A stretch of 64,000 bases of DNA from Takakia lepidozioides (GCA_030704615.1 CM060733.1:67828001-67892000); one strand, 5' to 3'. Shown: positions 25,706 through 38,735, numbered from the stretch's first letter. The notes: a model not told the origin generated them from the letters alone. A program made the numbers and translations.

Positions 25706-28170
25706 GGAGAAGATGCAAAGGGTGGAGGATGAGAACCCTTCAGAGCAGGAAAATGAGATCATTGTTGATGTGGACAATGAGTTCTATGAAAGCAAAGCCG
25801 CGGAGATGCTGGGGGGTCAGAAGGTAAATTCTCAGCTTGTGGTGCAAAGTATGCTTGCCCTGGGTGGGAGGTTGAAGATTCCCCTGTGTAGGTTGGTTTC
25901 CATGCCCGTCGTTCGTCCACCCCTCATCAAGGACATCCAGAAGCTGGAGGCCGAGTTTGTTCATGGGTATTTGGATGGATCCGCAGTCTTTTACGTTTCT
26001 ACTAGGGATTCCAGAGGCAAAGAGCTCCTTGTGGATGAGTCAATCGTGGACACTTGGGATCCCATTTGGAGACATGTGAACGAATCCTTCGAACTTCTTC
26101 TCTCTAGGAAACCTTCGACCCAAGCATTCTCAGGGAAGATGTTTCACGTATGGGATGGCAACCACCGGTTGCTTGCATGGATGGCTGTCATTGGGAGGCT
26201 GCACTCACAGGAGGAAGAGTGACATTACTGTGTTCGAACGATGGTGCTGGATTGTGATGGGAACATGATCAGGATACCCCGGGTAAAGGTAGAGATGCAA
26301 AGGCAAAGGATGTGGCTGTTGGTGTAGGGAAAGGAAGGGGTAGGGGGAAAGAGCGCAAGGGCAAGTGGGTGGGCAAGGAAGTGTTACAGAAACTGGCCCT
26401 ACGGCGGATGTCTAGCAGACCAAAGAGACTCCACCGCATGGTAGGGGATCCGGGAGAAAGAACAAGGGGGTGGTTGATCCTAAGGACCCGTATCATGCAG
26501 TGGAGCATCCCACGAGTGTCATTCACCCTACCAGGTTGGAGATGGCCAACGTCGGGTTCCTTGCCATGATGGAGTCCAAGAAATCTGATTACAAGGGCGA
26601 TCAATCACCAGTGTGGGAGAGGATTGTGGAGTTCCTCAGCACGGTGCGTGTTGTCTTTTGCTTCTTGTGTGTTGTGGGCATGGCTCGTTTCAATCCTCTT
26701 GAGCATTCCATTGCATGCTTGTTTGCAGGCTAAAATGACCAAATCCTGGATGAACGGGAAGGAGAAGCCATATGCAGCCGAACTCATCATCTTGGACATC
26801 CTTGATGGGTTGCCAGTCCCGGATGTCCCTCCAGCGGGTGCTTGTCCAGGTTGGAATGCTTTTGATGAGTGCTACTGGCGGTGGGTTTACTCTTTTTGCA
26901 ATTTCTTTCTGTCCGATGCAGGTGTTTTGGTGCTCATCCAGTCCATCGACCTTCGTTGTCGCCGTGCACTTGCCAGCTATTTGAAAGCTTCCGGTATGAG
27001 GGTCGTGAAGACCTAGAATTGTGTGAACAACATGTACCTGACGAAGGGGGATCGTCGGGAGAGATGGTAAATCTGCCTTTTTATTCCTCTTCTTGGTGGT
27101 TCTCGGATGGAGTTGCATAAGTCGCTCAAATGAATATGTAGGGGCCTGATTTTCAACCTTCTTAGTTCCTTGTGGATGTCCTATTCGCAGACTCGTTTGT
27201 TTGAAGCTGTTTGTCTCGTCCGAGTGCATCCACCTACGACTCCAGCCGTCATTAGGGAGTTCGCCATCACTCATGGGGGCAAGTTCATAGACGAGAGGAC
27301 AGATCCTCCCACGGATGACATGCACCACAACTACGTGGACATCAACGTGTGCTTGCGAAGGGGGAATGGGGTTCCTTGGAGAGGGGCCAGGGAGAGGAGC
27401 CCGACTTTCATTCAAACGATTGTGGAGTGCTGCACCTACACCGATGCCAGATTTCTAGATTTGTCAATGGGCACAGGTTCGTCTCTTCAACATTCACATT
27501 TGATTGGGTTTGTTTGAGCTTGCACTTTCAGCACTTCCCACCGTTCCAAATGAGTCTTCAATGTCTGTTTCCTTCCTTCTATTCCATTGCAGGTGCTTCG
27601 TACCACGTTTGCAAGGCCAGTGCGCGACATCTCTTCGGGATTAAAGGGGATGCCGAAATTTACAAGAACCTCTTGATGGGTTTGGGTGGACACACTTCTC
27701 AAGTCCTTCCGAAGCCCCTTCCCGGTGATATTGATACAGGGGAGACGTCCGACAAGGAGCTGGACTCCGACTTTGCCTGTGAGTAAGTTCAACCTGTGGA
27801 TGCTTGCATTGTTGTTTCAATACCCATAATCACTGTTCTTAAGGCAAAGTGTACATGAGAGACATCCTCTTCATTGGACTTGTGCATTGCATCATTGTAT
27901 TCAAAATGGGTTTTTGTCGACTTGTGCAGGAGTCCGTGTGCTTCCACTGACCCTCCAGGGCTATCACACCTTTTTGGACTTCTTTCAAGTCATCCTCAGT
28001 CTTACATGCTACCCATCTATGCGGAGGCACTCGCAACAAGCATGTCCGTTCATGGCACTCGCAGTCCAACCATCGACGGCCGTGGTAGCAGACGTGGTGT
28101 TGGGGCCGGAATCTTTGTGGATGACATAGTACAAGAGGTCGATTCTGATTCTGATGACTGTGACACTTGA
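25706..28170 (+). pseudogene. ParB-like + beta-class methyltransferase-like gene, copy B (internal deletion near 26270)
   Basis: 25713-26222: GRLKIPLCRLVSMPVVRPPL...MFHVWDGNHRLLAW. 26730-27066: AELIILDILDG...FLSDAG. 27191-27476: WRGARERSP...FLDLSMGTG. 27592-27782: ASYHVCKASARHLFGIKGD. Last exon 27930-28170: LPIYAEALA. Intron positions match copy A. Confidence 0.75.
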
Positions 28171-28709
28171 TATCGAGTTTTCTTTTACTTTTATTCGGGG
28201 CCAGTTTTGAAATGGGATGGTTGTGTGTGCTTGTTGTCTTGTTTGCAATGTGTGCGTGGGATGCAAATTCCTGGGAACAAACTATCGTTGGAGATGGGGG
28301 TTGCATGGACTGCCCGGATTGTTCCTTCAATCTCTTTAGTGTTTTACGGAGCTCACAGGCTTGTGTGCATTGCAAAAACAAACAAACGTCTTTGGTTTGG
28401 GCAAACATTCTCGCATCATTTGCTCATTGGTCTCCAAACCATTCCTGCCAGAAGAATGCTTGGTAAATCCATCACGTTAAAGTCCACGTGATCAAAGATC
28501 GTTCAGGCATTCTTCTGGTGAGCATCCATGATGCTCCCGCACATACCATACATGTTCGCAAGGGTGGTGAGTAAGAAAACATTTCGCAGGGATCCACTTT
28601 GGATGATGTGAGTGTGCACCTGCTCACGACGTAGCCACATTCCCATGCAAGGGCTTGGTATGTTAATTACGTCTAAATGGATGCAATGGATAGAAATGAT
28701 AGATACAAT

Positions 28710-28855
28710 GGATGTAACACATCCAGTCTGCATTCCCTGGAAAGGGCTGATCAACCCGCGGTAATAGGTGACACCCGCGGAAATAGGCCTTGTATGCATG
28801 CTGATGTGGCGTGAGCCTGTGCTGGGCTCACATGCTCAGGCCTCCGGGCTCACGG
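28710..28855 (+). mobile_element. Terminus of the ParB-MTase/MULE transposon family
   Basis: ggatgt..agtctgca..ctggaaaggg..ccgcgg(t/a)aatagg..gctgaYgtggcgtga..ggctcacg is homologous to 54205-54433 and, inverted and partial, to 63161-63318. It abuts a truncated Gypsy RT. Confidence 0.65.
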
Positions 28856-28859
28856 AATA

Positions 28860-31800
28860 GCACCCCCCCTCAACAACCTGACCAGGCGGGATTCATACCC
28901 AATGCCTTTGATTCAGGATGTGCTAGACCAGTTAGGATCTGCCTGTTGGTTCTCTGCTTTAGACCTCCAGAGTGGTTTTTGGCAGATAAAGGTTAATGAT
29001 GAGGATGTGAAGACCAATTCCCTCTTCCTAAGAATCCTACTGCAGTTAGGGTTTTTGTGGGGATGTCAAACTATTACAGGATATATGTGAAAGGCTTTTC
29101 CATGATTGCTGTCCCGTTGTTTGAACTGACGAAAAAGGAAGTTAAGTTCAAATGGTCAGTTCAGTCTCAAAATGCATTTGAAACACTGAAGGTGAAGTTG
29201 TTGAGTGCTCCAATTCTAGGTCATCCAGACTTCAATAAACCATTCATACTAGATGTCGATTGGTCTGGAAAAGGGGTTGGTGCAGAAGGAAAACCGAAAA
29301 GAAGTGGTCATTGCATATGCCAGCAAGGGACTGTCCGATGCACAGAAGAAGTACCATCCCATGGAAGGTGAGTGCTATGCACTAGTATGGGGGGTATTAC
29401 ATTTTCGGCGTATTTGTATGGTACACCCTTTTTGGTTAGAACAGATCACAAGCCCTTGGAGTGGTTAGCCTCAGCGAGCGATGCCTATGGTAGACGAGGG
29501 AGATGGATAATGCTACTACAGGACTTTGAGTTTAAAATAGTGCACAGGCCTGGATCACGTCACTCCAACGTTGATGCACTTAGCAGGTACCCGGTGGGTG
29601 AGGCACAAGAAACTGAGTACCTGGAGATAAACTCCACTGATTATTGTGAGACCAAAAGAGAGGGAAGAACGAGAGGTGGAGCGTTTCTTCTCAGAATTTA
29701 TGTAGCAAACAGCATAGCAAGGGCAGAGTTACACCAACATGTAGGTGGGAAGGAAGTAGTTGTGGCAAGCACCATGAGGGAGGTGATGTTCGAATCTGAT
29801 GAGGACAGTTTGCCTTGCAAAAGAGAAGATTACTTTATATGTGTGTGGGCATTCTGGTTTTTCAGAAAGGAGCTGAAGGAGGTTCACTTTTCAGTTGAGA
29901 CAGGCCTGGATCCCTATTGGTGGTTGCTATCATCACATCACCAGGGTACAGACTTGCTATCTGACTTCTCTTTTGACTTTGTGAGCAACAATGCAACTAA
30001 CCAGGGTAGAACTATGAGCAGAAAAGGGAGGGTCTAGGTCAGATTTTGCCATGCCAGCAATGGAACACAAGAGGGTAAGCTTTTGCAGCTAGTTGTCTTA
30101 ACACCAGGGAGATAGAGGGTATGACAGCAGGTCTTGGCGTACATAGCATTGAACCCATGCAGGTGAGAGGGCAAAAATGTTCAGAAAAAGAGTCATGGCC
30201 AAGAGAGAGTGAGGCTGAAAGTAGCTACGCCAATGGACAGGACATGTTGTGGGAGACACCTACCATATGTGTAGTTCAGACCAGGAGCAGCATAGGCAGC
30301 AAAAATGGAGTCAACATTACCCAAACAGCAGGTCTAGATGTACTCATGCATGGGAATGGTCAAGAGGATCCAGAAAAAGAGTCACGGACGAGAGGGCGTG
30401 AGGCTGAGAGTAGCTACAGTGGACAAGACATGTTGTGGGAGATGCCCACTATCTGTGTAATTCAGACTAGGCCTTGGCAGCAAAAATAGACCTGCAAAAA
30501 TCCCAACAGCATACAAGTATCTAGATGAATTGTACTCCGCTTCCGAAGGGCGTTCTAAGGACAATGGAGTCTTCACTTCCCCAACGGCAGAGAGACCAAG
30601 CAGCAGCAAGGGAGGGGACTCACTAGAGGAGGGACAGCCCCTCTGGATGGATCAATCTCTTGACAAGAGGCAGGATGATGATCAATACTCGATGGTACAG
30701 CGGGAAGGGTATAGCCAAGGTGATGAAGCACCAAGGCAGATGGAAAAAGGGAAGAAGGTTGACACCACAGGTGAGCACAACATGGAATATGAAGAAACAA
30801 CCTCTGCTGCATCAAGCTCTGAGAGTGAAGGGGGGACACAAATGCAACAGCAGCTGTGGACAACTCCAACCAAGGCTGAGCAGCTGGCCTTGATACTTAG
30901 GGCAGATTGTATGGAGGACGTGGAGGCTGAAGAATTCTCACCAGTTCCGTTTGCACATAGGCGGGAGGAGAAGGAAGCAGATGTCTTGGATGACATTCAG
31001 TCCATGCATTGTTTGACTTTTGGAGAACCCAATGACTACCTCATGAAGGAAGAGAGACGGCGTGTGCTGAAAAGAACCCGGAAGTATACATATGAGAAAG
31101 GAGATGTGTTCTACCAAGGAAGGCTGGTCCCACCAGCCAAGGACAGGGAGGCTTTGGTAATAGAGGTTCATGAACAAATGGGGCACTTTGGGGTGCATAG
31201 AACACAGACTGAAATCTGTCGCCGCTTCTTCTGGCACAACCGAACGCAGCAAGTCCGATCAGTGTTGAGGAGTTGTGAAGGATGTCAACATACCAGCCAG
31301 CAAGGTGTTATGAGGTCAGGTTCCTCCACCCTACACAGCATACCAGTCGTGGATTTATTCTATAGGGTAGCTCTGGATACAGCAAGGCCATTGCCACTCA
31401 CAACAAGGGGTAACAAGTATCTTCTCATTGCCATAGACCACTTCTCTAAGTGGGTTGAAGCAAGGCCAGTGCCGGACCACTCAGCTGACCTGACAGCAAG
31501 GTTCTTGGAAGAGGAGGTATTAAGTCGCTATGGCTTTCCCCAATGTGTGTTGACAGACAGTGGATCAGAATGGGCAGGTGAATTTGAACAGGTATGCCAA
31601 ATGTTTGCTATCAAACATGAGCATAGTGCCCCGTACTGGCCCCAGTGCAACGGTATGGTTGAACGAGTTATCAAATCCATCAAACAAAGCGTGACCACTC
31701 AGGCAGTAGGAAATGAGATTGAGTGGGATGTCAGTGTATACCGTGCTCTAATGGGATATAGGTTTGGGGTGCAAGCTACCACCAAGTTCTCTCCCTTTCA

Positions 31801-32250
31801 GGTGTTGACAGGAAGGATGCCAAGGCTAGGGCTGGACAACAGGCTGAGCTCATTAAAAGAGGATGTTTATCAAGATGACTCAGTGGAGGCAATGACCAGC
31901 ATGATGAACGAGAAAACACAGCTGATTGCAGAGCTGGAGTCAGACCTACGGCGCAACGTCAAGAAGGGACAACAAAAGCAATCACGGGACTATGCGAGAA
32001 AGCACCATGGAAAGAAGGATTACAAAGAGTTGCCAGCTAACAGCATGGTCATGATGCTCAGACCAGGCAAGTGAAGCTCGATGATCCATGGGAGGGACCC
32101 TACGATTTTTTGGGATACAAGAGCCAAGGAGAATGCAGCAGAGAGGGAAGCTGAAAGGAAATGCATGGGAATGGAAAAGTATGGGTGCGCAGCCGCAGGG
32201 AATTGAAGACATACCAGAGCAGGAATGAAGAAGGATCTGAGCAGATGGCC
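28860..32250 (+). mobile_element. Degenerate Ty3/Gypsy pol (RT fragment, RNase H, long linker, integrase)
   Basis: RT: MPLIQDVLDQLG...LDLQSGFWQI. RNase H: AYASKGL...TDHKPLEWL...DALSR. Integrase in ORF 30530-32074: HEQMGH...CEGC...IDHFSKW...TDSG...CNGMVER. Confidence 0.9.
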
Positions 32251-33779
32251 CACGAGGATGTGGACACTTAAAAATGGAGTCACGCTACATCTATAGCAAA
32301 TTTTTGAGGTAAAAATATCAATCAGGCAGTATCAAATAAGGATTATACTTGATGAAATGAGAGGGAGCCCAGGATAAACATCTGATAGGTATTGGAACGG
32401 GGGAGGACTTCTGATCTGGCCTTTCATCTGGATGACCTGGGAAGAGATGAATGTGAAGCGAGTGCGTGGCATGAGCAGATATGTGACCGCCTGACAGTGA
32501 GGGGCCGTATTCGTCATCCTCTTGAGAGATCGTGGAGCGGCGGATATTTGTGCTGGATACTATATCGGGGAGAGCAGCAGGGAGTTAAGTTGCATGACGG
32601 CTCAGAGCAGCTCTTGAATTCATGGAGACAAGGCATGATGGGGGCGGTTGCTGAGAATGGTGAAACCTGTTGCTATGGTGAAATCAAGGGGATGGGGATG
32701 ATTGGCTGGCATATGCAGGAAACGAGTGTTACCATCCTGAATGGAGTATTTGCACAGCAAGAGGGCGGCAAAAGTAGCATCTCTCATAATATATAGGAGT
32801 AAGAAAGGAAGTTGCAGAGGCAGTGGGCAGCTCGCAGATCGAGGGGCCGAGTTAATAGCCTCAGCTGAGATAGACTCAGAGAATTAGATAGAGATCTGTT
32901 GGCTGGTATTTGGGCAGAAGATGTGCCTGGTCACCAGGGAAGGAATTGATCATGAAATAGATAAAGGTGGCAGCAATGGTATCTGCAGGGGTAGGGCGGC
33001 GCCGCTGAGGAGAAATATCTGAAGGAAAGGGGTGAAGAGAAAAGTATATGATGGAGAGGAGCAGAGATACTTAGCAGCTTTTTGACATGTAGAAACGAGA
33101 GTGAAAGAATGCTACTGTGTAGAGAAAAAAGCTGGAGTAGGAGAAAATGGTTGATTTTGCCTTAGCACCTGTCTTAGGACCTTCCGTTTGAGGAAGCATG
33201 ATATAAATCGAAGTGGGGAGCTTGCAACCAGCAAAGAGTACGAGTGTGAGGATTAAGTATAAGAATCTGCTTTGAGTAGTTGTCAGCAATGAGAGAGTAT
33301 CTTTGAATTGTTGCGAGTGAGAACAAGTAGATTTTCATGACAAATCACCCAAGGGGCATGCGAAGATCATCTCTTGGAAACGCTGAAAAGGGCACTGCAC
33401 TGTTTTACAATTTGCAGTCAGAAAAAGAGGTTGGCAGGGGTGGGATCACATGAAACAGAGTCACCTGCTAGCTCGAGGATATGACTTAAAGGGTTCACTG
33501 TGGATGTCTGAACCAGTGAAGAGCTACCTCCAATACTAGTAAATGTGTATCCTACATGTGCAACGCTGTACTAACGTGGGATGGATTTGTGCACAGATAC
33601 CTGCAGGCATGTGCAATGTCCTCTTCTTGAACTGAGTTTCTTTTATTGCAAGCAACGACCATACATGGTTTTCTTTCTTCCACTGCAGCTTTGTATGGTT
33701 AGCCAGTCCTAGATCTCTGACATGATTGAATGATACAAGCCCACTTAGCAAGGGCTCCTTTTTTCACGCTACACATGAC

Positions 33780-33869
33780 CTAGCACGCCCGGTTTGGAAG
33801 TTAGGCACACGAATCAAAGCGAGTAACTATGATTTGAAGGGGGAGTTTATCAAAGTGAGGTGCACGACA
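33780..33869 (+). repeat. LTR 3'-end fragment related to 2369-2460
   Basis: gcgagtaactatga(t/c)ttga.gggggagttta.c.aagtgaggtgc.cgaca is shared with the reverse complement of 2369-2440. Confidence 0.6.
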
Positions 33870-36220
33870 TACTTGGTCATACCTTAATGGTAGGTATGAA
33901 CTACATAAAAAGTTTGAAAAGAAGAAAAAAACATTTGAACGGCAAACCATCCTTCAGGCCTCTAATGGTCGTGCCTTTGACAAGCTAAGTAAGAGGAATG
34001 CAGCTAGGTTAGCGTAGTTGTGGCTAACTTGGTCGACAACTATTTTAAGTTCAAAATAAAATACTCCGTGTCTTCACTAGTTCACACCATAGAGGGGATA
34101 GAGGTGGACAATACTAAATGGTCCTAGACAAACATTTACACATAGCAATTAAAGCAAATGTTAACTTGTAGGAGAATGTTGACAACTTTCAATGAAGCTG
34201 TGACATTGATGAAACATGTTGTCTCACCCCAGCATGAGGTTTGTTTCCTATGCGGGTATCCGAGAAGGCTTTTCACGGAGTTCCTTGTACATCTCAACTA
34301 ATCACATTAATGTAGATGATTATTGTATACCAACATGGATGCATTGTACCCAATTCTAATTCTACTCTAGTATTCTAGATATTTATTGAGTAACATATAA
34401 TTTTCTTATGGTACCTGATCTGGACATGTTTTTGCTTTTTAGGAGGTAGTAAGTTGGAGCGGAGAGGCCTAGCTCAGGGCGGCGGGGCCCAGCTGTCTCT
34501 CGCCTTCGTTGGCCTTCTAGAAGGCTGGTTCACTCCAGGTGTGCACATTCCCACGATGGGCGCCTAGATGTGGCTGGACACACCTCTTCATCCCATCGCA
34601 GTCCTGGTGCGCTCTATCGCACCCTTTTTACATCCCTATTGGTCGCTCCAATCGTCTCTCCTGTTTATACCTTCAAAAGTTCCCCCAACTGATGTTGGGT
34701 ACTTATTTGTATACCAACATGGACGCAACATGAGGTCGATGGAGGTATGGAGATTCTGTTCCATACCTCTTGCAATTCCCCATGCAGGCAGGGCAGAGAG
34801 GTGGGGGAGGGTCCAGAGGACAGGGGATAGGAAACCAACCGGCTCTCTCCCAAATTAAAAATGTTTGTCTCTCAGGCACTCTTCATCTGCTTAATTAGTG
34901 AGATCAGAATTGGTCGTAGAAAGTAGATTTGTCTTTATTTGAAGGCTTTGTTGCAGCGACATCCTTCGGTCAAATATCCTCTAGCAACAATGTACGCACC
35001 TCTAACAAGTGTTTCTGCCGCTGGATGAGACAGGGTTGAAGGTTTATGAAATGCTAAGATCGTGTACGAACTACGAACCTGGATCTCAATTTCACCGGAT
35101 TCCAGAGGAGGATTGTTGCTCCAACCAAATCCTTATAAACCTATCACTACCATCATCTCTGCTTATAGATACAACCACCAAAGGGTCAGTAATTGGGCTT
35201 GTTTATTTCTACTGGGGGAAGAGGGAAAAATGTGTAGAAGAGTGGGAACCGGAGTAAAAAGAGAATTTTGAAACAAACAAACTACAGCTCATGCATCTCA
35301 TATTCACATACAGCTTAAGTTGCCACTACTTAACGTAGTACTGTGTGGGGTCAAATGAGTTAGCTCCAGTGTATGGGGTACTGAAATACCTCGGTTTCAC
35401 AAATAGATACCCTCCATTGCCTTACAAAGAATGGAGGCAAGTAGATTGTGCAAGCGGTATTCTACTTCCAGCTCGGCGATAACATTTTGTTGCACCAAAA
35501 CTCTGTCATCCTACCTTATTCATTCCACAACTACAATTTGACGGGAAGTCAAATTCCTCTAATGCCCATACTTGAATTATAAGTGGACTTCAGTTGCAGT
35601 TCCAACTATCTGAAGCTTTCTGTCAGGAATCCGTGTGGCTAATTAGGGAACATTGGGAACAAGAATTCCCGGCAGTGGCAGCTGGATGAAACTATGATGG
35701 ATGGTCCTACATCTCGACCGATGGATGAGGAAAGGACAGAGCCTGCCTATTCCCAATCAACGACCCCAAAAAGCGACTCAATTCAGTGTATCATCCCAAA
35801 GGACACGTATAGCCACAAGCTACGTCACAGCTCAGGTGGCGAAACCGGCGTTGCGAATCGAGACGGACGGTGATGCGCAAACTCCGTCCGGCTGCTTATA
35901 GCCAAATAGCGCCCGTGCCGCCAGGCCCGTCGTCCCCTCAGATCGTCTTCCACGTGCCTAGAATCTGCCATCGTGTACCGACGCACGCCCGCGAGCGATC
36001 GCGGGTTCGACTCCACACCATACACTAACATCACAGTACAGCCTAAGGGCTGTGAAGGTCTCGCTGTTCTTTGGTGAAGCTCCGCTGCATCCCCAACTCT
36101 CCATCGCTCTCGAGATCCTTCCTTCAGTGAGGAGGGTGCGCACACGTAAAGCACCGGTCGAAAATTCGCTTTGTATTTTGAGGGCGCTTATTCCCCTGAA
36201 TGGGCCCTGTACAGCGTGGC

Positions 36221-36320
36221 GGGGTGCTTAACACAAATATAACGCGCCCTAGGGTGCTTACACAAATGTAACGTGCCCTAGGGTGCTTACACAAACGTAA
36301 CCGCCCTAGGGTGCTTACAA
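36221..36320. repeat. About 29-bp minisatellite (gggtgcttacacaaaYgtaacgYgcccta), about 3.5 copies
   Basis: Direct tandem copies are visible about 550 bp upstream of the GGH ATG. Confidence 0.85.
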
Positions 36321-36866
36321 AAGGACACGTGTCGAATTTTTCTAGCGGTGCTTCGCGCAGGGTAAGGCCCCTGCCCGCGGGGATTCCACGATTTTCGGGC
36401 TGTCAGCCTCGGGCTAACGCCCTCGGCAGCCAACCCTCAAATCGTGGAATGCCCTTGGGCAGTACCCTACACATTTACTCGTGTAGCCAATTCGGAGGTT
36501 AAGATTGATGCTGCTGGCCGAGTCAAGGTTGTGGCTGGTGGGGGTGTGTGTAGGGAGATATCTGAATGGCATATACTATAGGTATGCGCGGTCAATGGCT
36601 GTGGGCCCACAATCGATTGGGCGATCTCAGCTCACACAACCGAGGCGCCGCATCCACCTCTCTACAAAATGGAGGAAGGTAGGGAGTCGTTGACAGCGGT
36701 AGCAGCCTTCACGGGTTACTTGTCACGTCGCTCCCTGTGTGGGTTGGGGTTGCCTTCCCTAACATCGGTGAGAATTATCATAAAGGGAGAGGAGGAAGAA
36801 AAGAAGAAGACGAAGACGAAGAAGAGGATATTTAGTTCGTTTTCCACAGTGGGACAGGTTGCCGCA

Positions 36867-38735
36867 ATGGCCGTGCCTCCTTGGCTAGCGGCGCTGGTGG
36901 TGATGTGCGCTGTTATGTATGCGATTGGGCACGTTCAGGCCTTAAAGTATGAGCGCCCACTGAATGTGAGCACCAACCGACCGGTAATTGGCGTGCTCAC
37001 TCTTCCTGTAACAATACTGAGCCAGCGTAAGTACGGCCAGCAGAGCTTTGCCACCTCGTATGTGAGATGGCTGGAGGCCGGTGGTGCCCGCATTGCTCCC
37101 ATTTTCTTTGACTCTACCACTGCAGAACTGGATTACATTTTGAATAGCGTTAATGGAGTTTTTTGGACTGGGGGTTTGGTTGACTTCAATCCTACTGACA
37201 AAGATCCGGAGGGCTTCCTGTACAGGTATAACTATGATTTTGTCTGTCTGTTTTGTATGATTCTGTGATGCGTCATTCTGGGCCTCCTGCCTTTCTATGT
37301 CCATGGCTCCAGAAACGTGCTTTTGCACAGGTAGGAGCAGTGCTTTGATAATCGAACTCTAATTGTCTTAAATGCTGAATAGTCTTTGGTACGGAGGATG
37401 GGGAAGCTAAATTCTGTCCAGCAAATTGGTCAGACCTAACATAGGCGCTTACCGCGGCTGGTGCGCGAGCCCTCCCTCCAGGGCCTTCCCCGTCATATAC
37501 ATTAATGGTTATTTCAAATGAAAAGGTTATGTAGAGCTAGATGTACGTGACGAGTTGATACGTTATTGGTTGGACCAGGCAGCTTCAGAATTTCTCGGTT
37601 AGATGTTGAACTCATACTGAATAGTCCAAGTCCTTACGATCAACTTCTGTTCCAGATGGATTGACCTTGAGCAATAAGTTGCTGGTTGGAACCAATCTTT
37701 CTCAATCTTGGTCCCTCATAATGCTTCCATATGACCCTGATTGTGTACGCTGTGGACTCTTTTGCCATACTGATACCTGAGGCTTTGGGCTGGAGTGAAT
37801 CTTGCAGGCAGACAACTGATCATATTTTGGAACATGTGTTAAAGGAGAATAGAAAAGGAAATTTCTATCCTATGTGGGGAACCTGCCTGGGCTTTGAGCG
37901 TCTGGTGCAACTACTTGCCCATGATGTAAATGCAAGTATTATCGAGCCCGTTGATGCCGAGAACTATGCCATCAATTTGCGGCTCACTGAGTCCGCGTGG
38001 GCAAGTCGACTGTTTGGTAGCATGAGCCATGATCTTTTCAAGGAGGTATGTCTCGTCTGTCCAGGTGCCATCAAATCTTCCACTCCATACTGGTTGATAT
38101 GGAAGGTCCAATTGGGGCTTGTAATATTGACAGATTCCTGGGCGTACATGGTAGAGATGAGGAAAGGGATTAGAGATGCTCAGGAAAGGAATGTTCTAGT
38201 GTGGACCCATGTACGCTTTTATTAACACTTTTACTATGTACTGTAGGTGGCATCTACGGTTGGGAAACTAGCATACAATAACCATGGGCTTGGCATTCAA
38301 CCCCAAGCATTTGACAGTAACCAAGATCTCGCAGCGCAGCTCGACATTTTGTCGGTCGATTATGATCGCCATGGAAAATCCTTTGTGTCAACAGTGGAAG
38401 GGAGAACTATGCCTCTGTATGGGAGCCAATGGCATCCTGAGAAGGCTCCATGGGAGTGGAGCACACAACTGCAAATGGATCACAATGAGAAAGCTGTTCA
38501 ATTCTCCAATTATCTAGGCCGTTTTTTTGTGAATGAGTGCAAATACAACCGGAACGGATTCGAGAATGAGACTGCCGAAGCCCAGGCATTAGTCCACAAC
38601 TGGCTTTCAAGGCCCACTGGTGTTTTGACTGACATTGTTAGTGCTTACTCTGGGATCTACTTTTTTGATACCAAGAAGCCTTGGGAAACTCTGCGCACAT
38701 GCAGTTGTCACCTCTTGAGGATTGCTCGTCATTGA
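36867..38735 (+). CDS. GGH: Gamma-glutamyl hydrolase (peptidase C26); exons 36867-37225, 37808-38045, 38247-38735; about 361 aa with signal peptide
   Basis: Motifs RPVIGVLT, SYVRWLEAGGAR, VNGVFWTGG, catalytic WGTCLGFE and QWHPEK. GT-AG introns are in compatible phases. Hydrophobic N-terminus. Confidence 0.93.

Noticed and set aside
35825-36154. Divergent gene upstream of GGH
   Set aside because: Short GC-rich ORF with no recognisable domain or supported downstream exons.
36669-36866. N-terminal extension of GGH from ATG 36669
   Set aside because: Low-complexity, UTR-like sequence. ATG 36867 has a good context and starts a signal peptide.
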